A DNA stretch of 36,269 nucleotides from Thermoleophilia bacterium (GTDB taxonomy: Bacteria > Actinomycetota > Thermoleophilia > Gaiellales > Gaiellaceae). Below the pieces are notes generated by a model. The model ran no database searches, was not told the DNA's origin, and saw nothing but the letters and a program-made list of their open reading frames with translations. This document shows positions 1-8,540 of the stretch, in pieces (the first letter of the stretch is position 1; every line of letters begins with the position of its first letter). The stretch covers positions 1 through 36,269 of the forward strand of contig JAYUEQ010000051.1 of the NCBI GenBank assembly GCA_043739205.1, read 5' to 3'. A program made the position numbers and the translations under genes.

Positions 1-1
1 C

Positions 2-1021
2 ATGAACGTGGCGACGCAAACCGTCAGCAATGTCCACCACTTCCGGCCCATCACGGCAACCTACACTGCACCCGTGCAGGAAACGCTGGATGTATCGAAT
101 GCGGTCGCGGCCGAACTGGCCGGGATCTCGGATGGGGTGCTCGACGCGCTCAAGGAGCGTCTCGGCGCCAGCGTGCGTCTGCGCGGCAACCAGCTAACCC
201 TCGAGGGCGACGACACCCAGATCGCCGAGGCCCGCGCCGTGATCGACGAGATCGTCGACCTCGTCGAGGCAGGCACGCAGATCGGCTCGCACACCGTCGA
301 CGCGGTGCTCGGCACGCTCGCAGCGGGCAAGGACGTGCGCGAGGTCTTCGACGCAGTCGTCTGGCGGCACCGCGGGAAAAAGATCGCACCGAAGACGCTG
401 ACGCAGAAGGAGTACGTCGACTCCATCCGCCGCGCCACGGTCACCTTCGGGATCGGCCCGGCCGGTACTGGCAAGACGTATCTCGCAATGGCGCTCGCCG
501 TCGCCGCGCTGCACGAGCGCGAGGTCGCGCGAATCATCCTGACGCGCCCCGCGGTCGAGGCCGGCGAGCGCCTCGGCTTCCTGCCCGGCGATTTGATGGC
601 CAAGGTCGATCCATATCTGCGCCCGTTGTTCGACGCGCTCTACGACATGCTGGACCCCGACAAGGCGAACAACCTGATCGAGCGCGGGACGATCGAGGTC
701 GCCCCGCTGGCATTCATGCGCGGAAGAACTTTGAATGACAGCTTCATCATCCTCGACGAGGCGCAGAACACCTCGCCCGAGCAGATGCAGATGTTCCTGA
801 CGCGGCTCGGGTTCGGGTCGAAGGTCGTCGTGACGGGCGACATTACGCAGATCGACCTGCCGAAGGAAAACCGGTCGGGCCTCGTGCACGTGCGCGACGT
901 TTTGCAGGACATCGACGGGATCCAGTTCGTCGAGTTCAACCACAAAGATGTTGTGCGCCACAAACTCGTGCAGCGGATCGTCGAGGCCTACAAGGATCAC
1001 ACCGACGAGCGGAACCGGTGA
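2..1021 (+). CDS. phoH: PhoH-like ATPase (PhoH/YbeZ family)
   Basis: 339-aa ORF with Walker A GPAGTGKTYLAMA, Walker B IILDEAQN and the VVTGDITQIDLP PhoH signature. Its stop overlaps the next start (GTGA). Confidence 0.9.
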   Translation: MNVATQTVSNVHHFRPITATYTAPVQETLDVSNAVAAELAGISDGVLDALKERLGASVRLRGNQLTLEGDDTQIAEARAVIDEIVDLVEAGTQIGSHTVDAVLGTLAAGKDVREVFDAVVWRHRGKKIAPKTLTQKEYVDSIRRATVTFGIGPAGTGKTYLAMALAVAALHEREVARIILTRPAVEAGERLGFLPGDLMAKVDPYLRPLFDALYDMLDPDKANNLIERGTIEVAPLAFMRGRTLNDSFIILDEAQNTSPEQMQMFLTRLGFGSKVVVTGDITQIDLPKENRSGLVHVRDVLQDIDGIQFVEFNHKDVVRHKLVQRIVEAYKDHTDERNR

Positions 1022-1395
1022 TCTCGGTCGACGTGGAGAACCGAAGCGGCACCGAGGTCGACGAGACCGGGGCCGTCGATCTGGCGGGGCGCGTGCTGCG
1101 GGCGGAGGGAATCGAAGAAGGTGAGCTCGGGATCGCGTTCGTCGACGAAAACGAGATGCGTGTGCTCAAGCGCGAGCATCTCGGGATCGACGAGACGACC
1201 GATGTGCTCTCGTTCCCGATCGACGGGCGCGACGAGGTGCCGGAAGGCGTGCCGCGCGCGCTCGGCGACGTCGTGCTCTGCCCACAGGTGGTCGGCGACG
1301 AATGGCGCTGGCCGTTGACGCACGGGCTGCTGCACCTGCTCGGCTACGACCACGGGGACGAGATGGAAGCGCGCGAACAGGAACTTCTCGCATGA
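1018..1395 (+). CDS. ybeY: Endoribonuclease YbeY (rRNA maturation metalloprotease)
   Basis: 125-aa ORF with the zinc motif HGLLHLLGYDH. GTG start overlaps the phoH stop. Sits in the conserved phoH-ybeY-era neighbourhood. Confidence 0.85.
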   Translation: MISVDVENRSGTEVDETGAVDLAGRVLRAEGIEEGELGIAFVDENEMRVLKREHLGIDETTDVLSFPIDGRDEVPEGVPRALGDVVLCPQVVGDEWRWPLTHGLLHLLGYDHGDEMEAREQELLA

Positions 1396-2108
1396 ACGCG
1401 CGCCGCGCCCCGACGATGTTCGATTCGTTCAACAACGCGGCCGAAGGGATCATTCACGTCGTTCGCACCCAGCGGAACATGCGGATTCACTTCGCGGTCG
1501 CTTTCGTCGTGATCGTCGCAGCGCTGATCGTCAACGTCACCAAGCTCGAGTTGATAGCGCTCTGCATCTCGATCACCTTCGTGTTGATCGCGGAAATGTT
1601 GAACACCGGCATCGAGTCGGCGATCGACATCTCGACGACGTCGTTCGACCCGATGGCGAAGATCGCGAAGGACATCGCCGCCGGCGCGGTTTTGATCGCG
1701 TCGATCAACGCGCTGATCGTCGGCTACTTCGTCTTCTCGGGAAAGGTCGCCGACCGCTCGTCGCACCTGCTCGACCGGCTGCGCCAGGCGCCGGCGGAGA
1801 TCACAATCGTCGCCCTCGTGCTGACGGTGATCATCGTGGTCGCGACGAAGGCCTACACCGGCCGCGGCACGCCCCTCCGCGGCGGCCTCCCGTCGGGCCA
1901 CGCCGCGCTGGCGTTCGCCGGCTGGATGGCGATCACCTACGTCACCGGGGGCGATCACCGCTTCGTCGTCTCGTCCGTCGCGCTCGTGCTCGCGTTCCTC
2001 GTTGCGCAGACCCGGATCGAGTCAGGCGTGCACTCGACACTCGAGGTCACCTACGGTGCGCTCGTGGGAGCCCTCGCAACCCTTGTCGTCTTCCAGGTGT
2101 TCTCGTGA
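1392..2108 (+). CDS. Fusion protein: DgkA-family lipid kinase (N-terminal) plus PAP2 lipid phosphatase (C-terminal)
   Basis: ATG at 1392 overlaps the ybeY stop (ATGA). The ORF-track start at 1302 lies inside ybeY and is rejected. The N-terminal half resembles DgkA/undecaprenol kinase (FNNAAEGIIHVVRTQRNMRIH, EMLNTGIESAID, KDIAAGAVL). The C-terminal half carries PAP2 motifs (PSGH, TRIESGVHSTLE). Confidence 0.75.
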   Translation: MNARRAPTMFDSFNNAAEGIIHVVRTQRNMRIHFAVAFVVIVAALIVNVTKLELIALCISITFVLIAEMLNTGIESAIDISTTSFDPMAKIAKDIAAGAVLIASINALIVGYFVFSGKVADRSSHLLDRLRQAPAEITIVALVLTVIIVVATKAYTGRGTPLRGGLPSGHAALAFAGWMAITYVTGGDHRFVVSSVALVLAFLVAQTRIESGVHSTLEVTYGALVGALATLVVFQVFS

Positions 2109-2470
2109 GCGATCTGGTTGAGAAAGCGGAGCAAATCGCCAAGCAGGCGTATGCGCCGTACTCGAACTACCTCGTCGGCGCGGTCGTGCGCATGAACGAC
2201 GGCACGGAGTTCGCCGGCACGAACATCGAGAACGCCGCCTACCCGCTCACGCAGTGCGCGGAGAAGACCGCGATCGGCGCCGCGTCCACCGCGGGCTATC
2301 GCCCAGGTGACATCGCCGTTATTGCCGTCAGCGCCTCTCCCTGTGGTGGGTGCCGGCAATGGCTCTTTGAGTGGCGGGTGCCGCGGGTCGAGTATCGCCG
2401 GGCGGACGGCACGATCGGTTCGGCGAGCGCCGCCGAGCTTCTGCCGGACACCTGGGAACTGCCGGAATGA
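2105..2470 (+). CDS. cdd: Cytidine deaminase
   Basis: 121 aa with CAEKTAIGAA and SPCGGCRQWL zinc-binding motifs. GTG start overlaps the upstream stop. Confidence 0.88.
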   Translation: MSDLVEKAEQIAKQAYAPYSNYLVGAVVRMNDGTEFAGTNIENAAYPLTQCAEKTAIGAASTAGYRPGDIAVIAVSASPCGGCRQWLFEWRVPRVEYRRADGTIGSASAAELLPDTWELPE

Positions 2471-3333
2471 AGTCGGGCTTCATCGCCGTCGCCGGACGCC
2501 CGAACGTGGGCAAGTCGACACTCGTCAACGCACTGACCGGCACGAAAGTCGCGATCGTCTCCGATAAGCCGCACACCACAAGGCACCGCATCCGCGGCGT
2601 CCATACGACCGACGACGCGCAGCTCATTCTCGTCGACCTGCCGGGGTGGCAGAAACCGGTCGACATGATGACCGAGCGTATGCAAGACACCGTCAACGAC
2701 ACGATGAAGGACGCGGACGTCGACGCAGTGCTACTCGTTGTCAATGCGCGCGAGCGGATCGGCGCGGGCGACCGTCATGTTGCGCGGAGCGTCTTTGCCC
2801 TCGGGGTGCCCGTAGTGATCGTCGTCAACAAGATCGATCGACTCAAGCCGGGGCACGTCGTGACGCAGATGAAAGCGGCGGCCGCGCTCGGGCCGTTCCA
2901 TGCACTGCATCCGGTGAGCGCGCTGTCGAACGACGGGATCGACGAATTGCGTGGCGACCTGATCTCACTGCTCCCGGAGGGGCCGATGTACTACCCGGCG
3001 GGCACGGATACCGATATGCCGCTCGAGGCGCGGATCGCCGAGCTCGTCCGCGAGCAGGCGCTCCATCGAGTGAAGGAGGAGCTCCCGCACGCGATCACGG
3101 CCGAGGTGGTGGAGATGGACGAGAAGCTCGTCCACGTGCGGCTCTACACGGAGACGGAGAGTCAGAAACAGATCCTGATCGGCAAAGGCGGGAGCGTCGT
3201 CCGCGACATCGGCCGTGCGGCGCGTCCGTTCGTCGAGAAACTCGTCGGCCACAAGGTGTACCTCCAGATCCAGGTGAAGGCGTCGCCCAAGTGGCGCCGC
3301 AACCAGACGATGCTGGAACGTCTCGGGCTGTAA
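2467..3333 (+). CDS. era: GTPase Era
   Basis: ATG at 2467 overlaps the cdd stop (ATGA). G1 motif GRPNVGKSTL, then DLPG, NKID and a C-terminal KH domain (VKASPKWR). The ORF-track start at 2371 lies inside cdd and is rejected. Confidence 0.92.
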   Translation: MKSGFIAVAGRPNVGKSTLVNALTGTKVAIVSDKPHTTRHRIRGVHTTDDAQLILVDLPGWQKPVDMMTERMQDTVNDTMKDADVDAVLLVVNARERIGAGDRHVARSVFALGVPVVIVVNKIDRLKPGHVVTQMKAAAALGPFHALHPVSALSNDGIDELRGDLISLLPEGPMYYPAGTDTDMPLEARIAELVREQALHRVKEELPHAITAEVVEMDEKLVHVRLYTETESQKQILIGKGGSVVRDIGRAARPFVEKLVGHKVYLQIQVKASPKWRRNQTMLERLGL

Positions 3334-3335
3334 CC

Positions 3336-3443
3336 GGTGTCTGACACCCGTTCGAAGTACGGACGCGTGTCGAGCTTCGGACAGGTGTCTGACACCAGTT
3401 AGGGGCGCGCGCCCGGGTCGAGCGGAGAACAGTGTCAGACACC
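3336..3443. repeat. Palindromic repeat locus 1: three copies of GGTGTCWGACACC phased 48 and 47 bp apart
   Basis: Exact GGTGTCTGACACC at 3336-3348 and 3384-3396, and AGTGTCAGACACC at 3431-3443. The first copy begins 3 nt after the era stop. The locus lies between era and the ABC ATPase gene. Confidence 0.9.
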
Positions 3444-3495
3444 TGTCAGCCGGGCAGGCGCCGGCGCTCGAGTGCAAGAGATACTCCAAAGCACG

Positions 3496-4206
3496 ATGAG
3501 CTCCGCAGCCGTAGAGATTCGTGACCTGCGCGTGAACCGCGGCGGCAAGGTCGTGCTGCCGGGGCTCTCCCTGGAGGTTCCGGCCGGCTCGGTGACAGGG
3601 CTGCTCGGGCCGAGCGGCAGCGGCAAGACCACGCTCCTGCGCGCGATCGTCGGCGTCCAGCGCATCGAATCCGGCGGAGTGCTCGTGCTCGGCGAGCCCG
3701 CCGGCACGCCGGTGCAGCGTCGGCGCGTTGCGTACGTGACGCAGGCCCCGTCGGTCTACGCGGACCTCACGGTGCGCGAGAACCTTCGCTACTTCGCAAG
3801 GATCGTCGACGCAGATCGGTCTCGTGTCGACGCAGTGGCCGACGCGGTCGGTCTCACGCCGCACCTGGCGACGCGCGTCGGTTCGTTGTCGGGCGGCGAG
3901 CGCTCGCGTGCCTCGCTTGGCGTCGCGCTGCTGGGCAAGCCGAAGCTGCTCGTGCTCGACGAGCCGACGATCGGTCTCGACCCGATGCTGCGCCGAGAGC
4001 TCTGGCAGCTGTTCCATGGCCTGGCCGACGACGGCACGACGCTGCTCGTGTCGAGTCACGTGATGGACGAGGCGGAGCGCTGTGACCACCTCGTGTTCAT
4101 GCGTGAAGGGCGAATCATCGCCTCGGCTACGCCCAACGAGATTCGCCGCCAGACAAACGAGGACGATCTCGAAGTCGCATTTATCGCGCTGGCAGGGGAA
4201 CGATGA
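3496..4206 (+). CDS. ABC transporter ATP-binding protein (ABC-2/DrrA-like exporter)
   Basis: Walker A GPSGSGKTT, signature LSGGERSR, Walker B LLVLDEPT. ATG at 3496 gives the typical N-terminus MSSAAVEIRDL. An alternative GTG start lies at 3472. Confidence 0.85.
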   Translation: MSSAAVEIRDLRVNRGGKVVLPGLSLEVPAGSVTGLLGPSGSGKTTLLRAIVGVQRIESGGVLVLGEPAGTPVQRRRVAYVTQAPSVYADLTVRENLRYFARIVDADRSRVDAVADAVGLTPHLATRVGSLSGGERSRASLGVALLGKPKLLVLDEPTIGLDPMLRRELWQLFHGLADDGTTLLVSSHVMDEAERCDHLVFMREGRIIASATPNEIRRQTNEDDLEVAFIALAGER

Positions 4207-4937
4207 GCCTGACCAACGTGCTGGCGACGGCGCTGCGTGTGCTCGAGCAGTTACGACACGACCGGCGCACCCTCGCACTCGTGCTCGTCGTGCCGCCCGG
4301 GCTGCTGACGTTGCTGCGGTACGTGTTCGACGCGTCGCCCGGTACGTTCGACCGCATCGGACCGCCGCTTGTCGGCCTGTTCCCATTGATCGTGATGTTC
4401 CTAATCACGTCGATCGCGATGCTGCGCGAGCGAACGAGCGGCACGCTCGAGCGATTGATGTCGCTGCCGATCGCGAAGCTCGATCTGCTGCTCGGCTACG
4501 GGTTCGCGTTTGCGCTCCTTGCCGCGGTTCAGGCCGCCGTGACGAGCACCGTCGCGTTCTGGTGGCTCGGCCTCCATACCTCCGGGTCGGTGCTGGCCGT
4601 GGTTGCACTGGCGATCGCGAACGCTGTCCTCGGGATGGCGCTCGGCCTGTTCCTGAGTGCGTTCGCGTCCACCGAGTTTCAGGCCGTTCAGTTCATGCCG
4701 GCGGTGCTGTTCCCCCAGGTGCTGCTGTCGGGCCTGCTCGCTCCGAGGGAGCGCATGCCGCACGTCCTGCAGATCGCCTCGGATGCGCTCCCGGTCACTT
4801 ACGCCTACGACGCGCTCGCCCACGTGACGAGCGGCCTGGGCGGTGCGCGCCTCCGACTCGACATCGGCGTCACAGTGGGCGCGATCCTGCTCGCGTTGTT
4901 GCTCGGGGCCGCGACGCTGCGCCGGCGTACCCCATAG
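4203..4937 (+). CDS. ABC-2 type transporter permease
   Basis: 244 aa and multi-pass hydrophobic, with an ABC-2 style N-terminus (LRVLEQLRHDRRTLALVLVVP). Start overlaps the ATPase stop (ATGA). Confidence 0.8.
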   Translation: MSLTNVLATALRVLEQLRHDRRTLALVLVVPPGLLTLLRYVFDASPGTFDRIGPPLVGLFPLIVMFLITSIAMLRERTSGTLERLMSLPIAKLDLLLGYGFAFALLAAVQAAVTSTVAFWWLGLHTSGSVLAVVALAIANAVLGMALGLFLSAFASTEFQAVQFMPAVLFPQVLLSGLLAPRERMPHVLQIASDALPVTYAYDALAHVTSGLGGARLRLDIGVTVGAILLALLLGAATLRRRTP

Positions 4938-4963
4938 AAAGGGGCGGAGCTACACTCGGACGA

Positions 4964-5902
4964 ATGGCAAAGGCGCCCGCACTTCCGCGCGGTTTCGAGT
5001 TGCCGCTCAAACAGCGGCTTCCGCGCATCGGCTCGATCGACCAGGTGGGCGTCGAGCAGCGCGCAGCGGATCTCGCCAAGCGCAGCATCAAGAAGGACTC
5101 CAAGGTCTGGGCGCTCGAGCTTGCGCTCCGCTGCTGCGACCTGACAACGCTTGAGGGACAGGACACGCCGGGGAAGGTGGCCGCGCTCTGTTCGAAGGCG
5201 ATCCGGCCGGACCCGAGCGACCCGACTGTTCCGTCCGTGGCCGCGGTTTGCGTCTACCCGAACCTCGTCCCGACTGCGGTGGAGCGCCTCGCCGGCTCCG
5301 GGGTGAAGGTCGCGAGCGTCGCGACCGCATTCCCGTCCGGCCAGAGCCCGCTTGACGTGAAGCTGCGCGACGTCGAGGACGCCGTTGCGATGGGCGCCGA
5401 CGAGATCGACATGGTGATCGACCGCGGTGCGTTCCTCTCCGGTCGCTACTCGAGCGTCTTCGATGAGATCGTGAAGATCAAGGAGGCCTGCGGCGACGCG
5501 CACCTGAAAGTGATCCTCGAGGTGTCCGAGCTCGGCACCTACGACAACGTGCGACGCGCCTCGCTCCTCGCGATGGCAGCGGGCGGCGACTTCATCAAGA
5601 CGTCCACCGGGAAGCTCCCGGGTGCCGCGACGCTCCCCGTGCAGCTCGTGATGCTCGAGGCGATCCGCGATGTCTATGAGGAGACCGGCCGCAAGGTCGG
5701 CATGAAGCCCGCCGGCGGCATCCGCACTTCGAAGAATGCGATCCAGTACCTCGTGCAGGTGCACGAGACGCTCGGCCCCGACTGGTTGACACCCGACCTC
5801 TACCGGATCGGCGCGTCGAGTCTCGTCAACGACATCCTCATGCAGTTGCGTACGCAGAAGACCGGCCGTTACCAGTCGAAGGACTACTTCACGAATGACT
5901 GA
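4964..5902 (+). CDS. deoC: Deoxyribose-phosphate aldolase (long actinobacterial type)
   Basis: ATG at 4964 (MAKAPALPRG). Motifs CCDLTTLEG, VAAVCVYP, TAFPSGQ, GADEIDMVI, DFIKTSTGK (Schiff-base Lys region) and KPAGGIR. The ORF-track start at 4082 overlaps the permease gene and is rejected. Confidence 0.88.
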   Translation: MAKAPALPRGFELPLKQRLPRIGSIDQVGVEQRAADLAKRSIKKDSKVWALELALRCCDLTTLEGQDTPGKVAALCSKAIRPDPSDPTVPSVAAVCVYPNLVPTAVERLAGSGVKVASVATAFPSGQSPLDVKLRDVEDAVAMGADEIDMVIDRGAFLSGRYSSVFDEIVKIKEACGDAHLKVILEVSELGTYDNVRRASLLAMAAGGDFIKTSTGKLPGAATLPVQLVMLEAIRDVYEETGRKVGMKPAGGIRTSKNAIQYLVQVHETLGPDWLTPDLYRIGASSLVNDILMQLRTQKTGRYQSKDYFTND

Positions 5903-7361
5903 CGTAGAAAAACGCCAGGACCGTTCGCCTGTTCCGACGGACTGGACGTACGCGCCCGCGCCCGAGAGCACGGACATCGTGAAGCTGCAGGACCGCTACG
6001 AGCTCTTCATCGGCGGCAAGTGGGTCGAGGCGAAGGAGCACTTCACCACGCTCTCGCCGCGCGACGAGTCACCGCTCGCCGAGGTTGCGCAGGCGAGCGA
6101 GGCTGACGTGCACAAGGCAGTCGCCGCTGCGCGCGAAGCCTTCCCTGCCTGGTCGAAGCTGCCCGGCTCGGAGCGCTCGAAGTACTTGTTCCGGATCGCA
6201 CGCATCCTCGCCGAGCGCGCCCGCGAGTTCGCGGTGCTCGAGAGCTTGAACGGAGGCAAACCGATCAAGGAATCGCGCGACGTCGACCTGCCGCTCGCAT
6301 CGGCGCACTTCTTCTACTACGCGGGCTGGGCCGACAAGCTCGAGTATGCGTTTCCGAACCGCAAGCCGAAGCCGATCGGGGTCGCCGGGCAGATCATCCC
6401 GTGGAACTTTCCGCTCCTGATGCTGTCGTGGAAGATCGCACCCGCGCTTGCGGCAGGCAACACCGTCGTGTTGAAACCCGCCGAGACGACCCCGCTCACG
6501 GCATTGCTCTTCGCCGATGTGCTCCGCCAGGCCGAGTTGCCGCCGGGCGTCGTCAACATCGTCACCGGCGACGGCCGAACCGGCGCGGCGCTCGTTGACA
6601 GTGACGTCGACAAGATCGCGTTCACCGGCTCGACCGAAGTCGGCAAGGCGATCCAGCGTCACGTCGCGGGCACCGGCAAGAAGCTGACGCTGGAGCTCGG
6701 CGGCAAGGCCGCGAACATCCTCTTCGACGACGCGGCGCTCGACCAGGCGGTCGAGGGGATCATCAACGGCATCTACTTCAACCAGGGTCACGTCTGCTGC
6801 GCCGGCTCGCGCCTGCTCGTGCAGGAGTCGATCTATGAACCCGCGATCGAGAAGCTGAAGAAGCGGATGGCGACGTTGCGTGTCGGCGACCCGCTCGACA
6901 AGAACACCGACGTGGGCGCGATCAACTCGCGCGAGCAACTCGACCGAATCACAGCGCTCGTCGAGGCCGGCAAGGAAGAGGGTGCGGAGATCTACCAGCC
7001 CCCGTGCACGCTGCCGGAGAAGGGCTACTGGTTCGCGCCGACAGTCTTCACGAACGTCGCGCAGAGCTACCGCATCGCGCAAGAGGAGATCTTCGGCCCA
7101 GTGCTGAGCGTGCTCACGTTCCGCACACCTGAGGAAGCCGTCGAGAAGGCGAACAACACGCCGTACGGCCTGTCCGCCGGCGTCTGGACGGAGAAGGGCT
7201 CGCGCATCCTCTGGATGGCGCAGCAGTTGCGCGCCGGCGTCGTGTGGGCGAACACCTTCAACCGCTTCGATCCGACGAGCCCGTTCGGCGGGTACAAGGA
7301 ATCCGGCTTCGGTCGCGAGGGTGGACTGCACGGCCTCGAGCCGTACATGGACTTCGAATGA
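5895..7361 (+). CDS. NAD(P)-dependent aldehyde dehydrogenase
   Basis: 488 aa with the catalytic motifs ELGGKA and FNQGHVCCAGSRLLV, plus GSTEVG. Start overlaps the end of deoC. Confidence 0.9.
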   Translation: MTDVEKRQDRSPVPTDWTYAPAPESTDIVKLQDRYELFIGGKWVEAKEHFTTLSPRDESPLAEVAQASEADVHKAVAAAREAFPAWSKLPGSERSKYLFRIARILAERAREFAVLESLNGGKPIKESRDVDLPLASAHFFYYAGWADKLEYAFPNRKPKPIGVAGQIIPWNFPLLMLSWKIAPALAAGNTVVLKPAETTPLTALLFADVLRQAELPPGVVNIVTGDGRTGAALVDSDVDKIAFTGSTEVGKAIQRHVAGTGKKLTLELGGKAANILFDDAALDQAVEGIINGIYFNQGHVCCAGSRLLVQESIYEPAIEKLKKRMATLRVGDPLDKNTDVGAINSREQLDRITALVEAGKEEGAEIYQPPCTLPEKGYWFAPTVFTNVAQSYRIAQEEIFGPVLSVLTFRTPEEAVEKANNTPYGLSAGVWTEKGSRILWMAQQLRAGVVWANTFNRFDPTSPFGGYKESGFGREGGLHGLEPYMDFE

Positions 7362-8155
7362 GCCGGCTTCCCGTCAACAAGACCTACAAGCTGTTCATCG
7401 GCGGCGCGTTCCCGCGCAGCGAGAGCGGACGCACCTATGAAGCGCAGGGTGCGAATGTCGCGCGCGCGTCGCGCAAGGACGTCCGTGACGCGGTGCAGGC
7501 AGCGCGCGGCGCGCAGCCGAAGTGGGGCAGCGCAACCGCGTACAACCGCGGCCAGGTGCTCTACCGCATCGCCGAGATGATGGAAGCGCGCCTGCCCGAA
7601 TTCGCCGCACTGTGCACCGGCAAGGCCGAGGTGGAAAAGGCGATCGACCGTTGGGTTTGGTACGCCGGCTTCGCCGACAAGCTCGCGCAGGTGCTCGGCT
7701 CGTCGAACCCGGTCGCCGGTCCGTACTTCAACTTCACGATCCCGGAGCCGACGGGCGTCGTCGGGATCGTCGCGCCGCAGGAGCCGCCGCTCCTCGGGTT
7801 GGTCTCGCGCCTCGCGCCGGCGCTCACCGGTGGGAACGCTGTCGTCGCGCTCGCCTCCGAGACCGAGCCGCTCGCCGCGATCGAGCTCGCCGAGGTGATC
7901 GCAACGAGCGACGTCCCCGGCGGCGTCGTCAACCTGCTCACCGGCCAGCAGGCGGAGCTTGCGCCATGGCTCGCCTCGCACATGGACGTGAACGCGATCG
8001 ACATCACCGGTGCGAACGGATTGAGGGCCGACCTGGAGGTCGCCGCGGCAGATAACGTCAAGCGGGTCGTGGTCGCCGAGCCCGACGCACAATCGCTCTA
8101 CGAGATCTCGGCGTTCCTCGAACTGAAGACCGTCTGGCACCCGATCGGCCAATGA
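7358..8155 (+). CDS. Short aldehyde-dehydrogenase-like protein lacking the catalytic domain
   Basis: ATG at 7358 overlaps the ALDH stop (ATGA). It aligns by eye to the ALDH N-terminal cofactor-binding half (KTYKLFIGGAFPRSESG, PTGVVGIVAPQEPPL, GGVVNLLTG, VNAIDITGANG) and then jumps to a C-terminal tail (LELKTVW). No ELGGK or catalytic Cys motif is present. Confidence 0.7.
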   Translation: MSRLPVNKTYKLFIGGAFPRSESGRTYEAQGANVARASRKDVRDAVQAARGAQPKWGSATAYNRGQVLYRIAEMMEARLPEFAALCTGKAEVEKAIDRWVWYAGFADKLAQVLGSSNPVAGPYFNFTIPEPTGVVGIVAPQEPPLLGLVSRLAPALTGGNAVVALASETEPLAAIELAEVIATSDVPGGVVNLLTGQQAELAPWLASHMDVNAIDITGANGLRADLEVAAADNVKRVVVAEPDAQSLYEISAFLELKTVWHPIGQ

Positions 8156-8517
8156 GCGCATTCGACGAGCTGAAGAACATGGGGCCGCTGCAGATCTGGC
8201 CAGGGCTGATCGCCCGAGCGCTGACCGGCGCCGAGGCGACGTTGGCACAGATCGAGCTCGAGCCGGACGTCGACGTGCCTGAGCACTCGCACGTCAATGA
8301 GCAGATCGGGATCCTCCTCGGCGGATCGATGACCTTCCGGATCGGCGACGAGTCACGCGACCTCGAACCGGGCGGCACCTGGATCATCCCGGCCCACGTC
8401 CCCCATTCCGTCACGGCAGGCCCGAACGGCGCCATGCTGATCGAGGTCTTCGCGCCGGCCCGAGACGACTGGGCCGACCGGGAGATTCTCGAGCCGCGCC
8501 CTCCCGCCGGCCTCTAG
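8152..8517 (+). CDS. Cupin domain protein
   Basis: 121 aa with a cupin_2-like pattern (EHSHVNEQIGILLGG ... GGTWIIPAHVPHSV). Start overlaps the upstream stop (ATGA). Confidence 0.75.
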   Translation: MSAFDELKNMGPLQIWPGLIARALTGAEATLAQIELEPDVDVPEHSHVNEQIGILLGGSMTFRIGDESRDLEPGGTWIIPAHVPHSVTAGPNGAMLIEVFAPARDDWADREILEPRPPAGL

Positions 8518-8540
8518 CCCGGTTACAGTCGAGTCAGCAC

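Noticed and set aside
3336-3443. Repeat-spacer-repeat layout (13-bp repeats with 34-36-bp spacers) that superficially resembles a mini CRISPR array
   Set aside because: The repeats are far shorter than CRISPR repeats. Each locus has only 2-3 copies. The spacers share partial similarity between loci. The same structure recurs at four separate gene ends, and no cas genes are present.
2965-4386. 473-aa minus-strand ORF spanning the end of era, the repeat locus and the ABC ATPase gene
   Set aside because: Its translation is Arg/Ala/Pro-rich with no recognisable motifs. It lies antisense to genes with clear Walker and Era motifs. This is typical shadow-ORF behaviour in high-GC DNA.
4082-4963. Long 5' extensions of ORF-track entries (4082 for deoC, 27042 for glpD, 32640 for GDPD, 13472 for the response regulator, 9490 for the DyP-like gene, 17905 for the HAD gene)
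   Set aside because: Each extension overlaps a well-supported upstream gene in another frame and translates to Arg/Ala-rich junk. In every case an internal ATG or GTG lies at a 1-4-nt overlap with the upstream stop and gives a canonical N-terminus.
6069-7331. 420-aa minus-strand ORF inside the aldehyde dehydrogenase gene
   Set aside because: It is a shadow ORF. The plus-strand frame has the ELGGK and catalytic Cys ALDH motifs.
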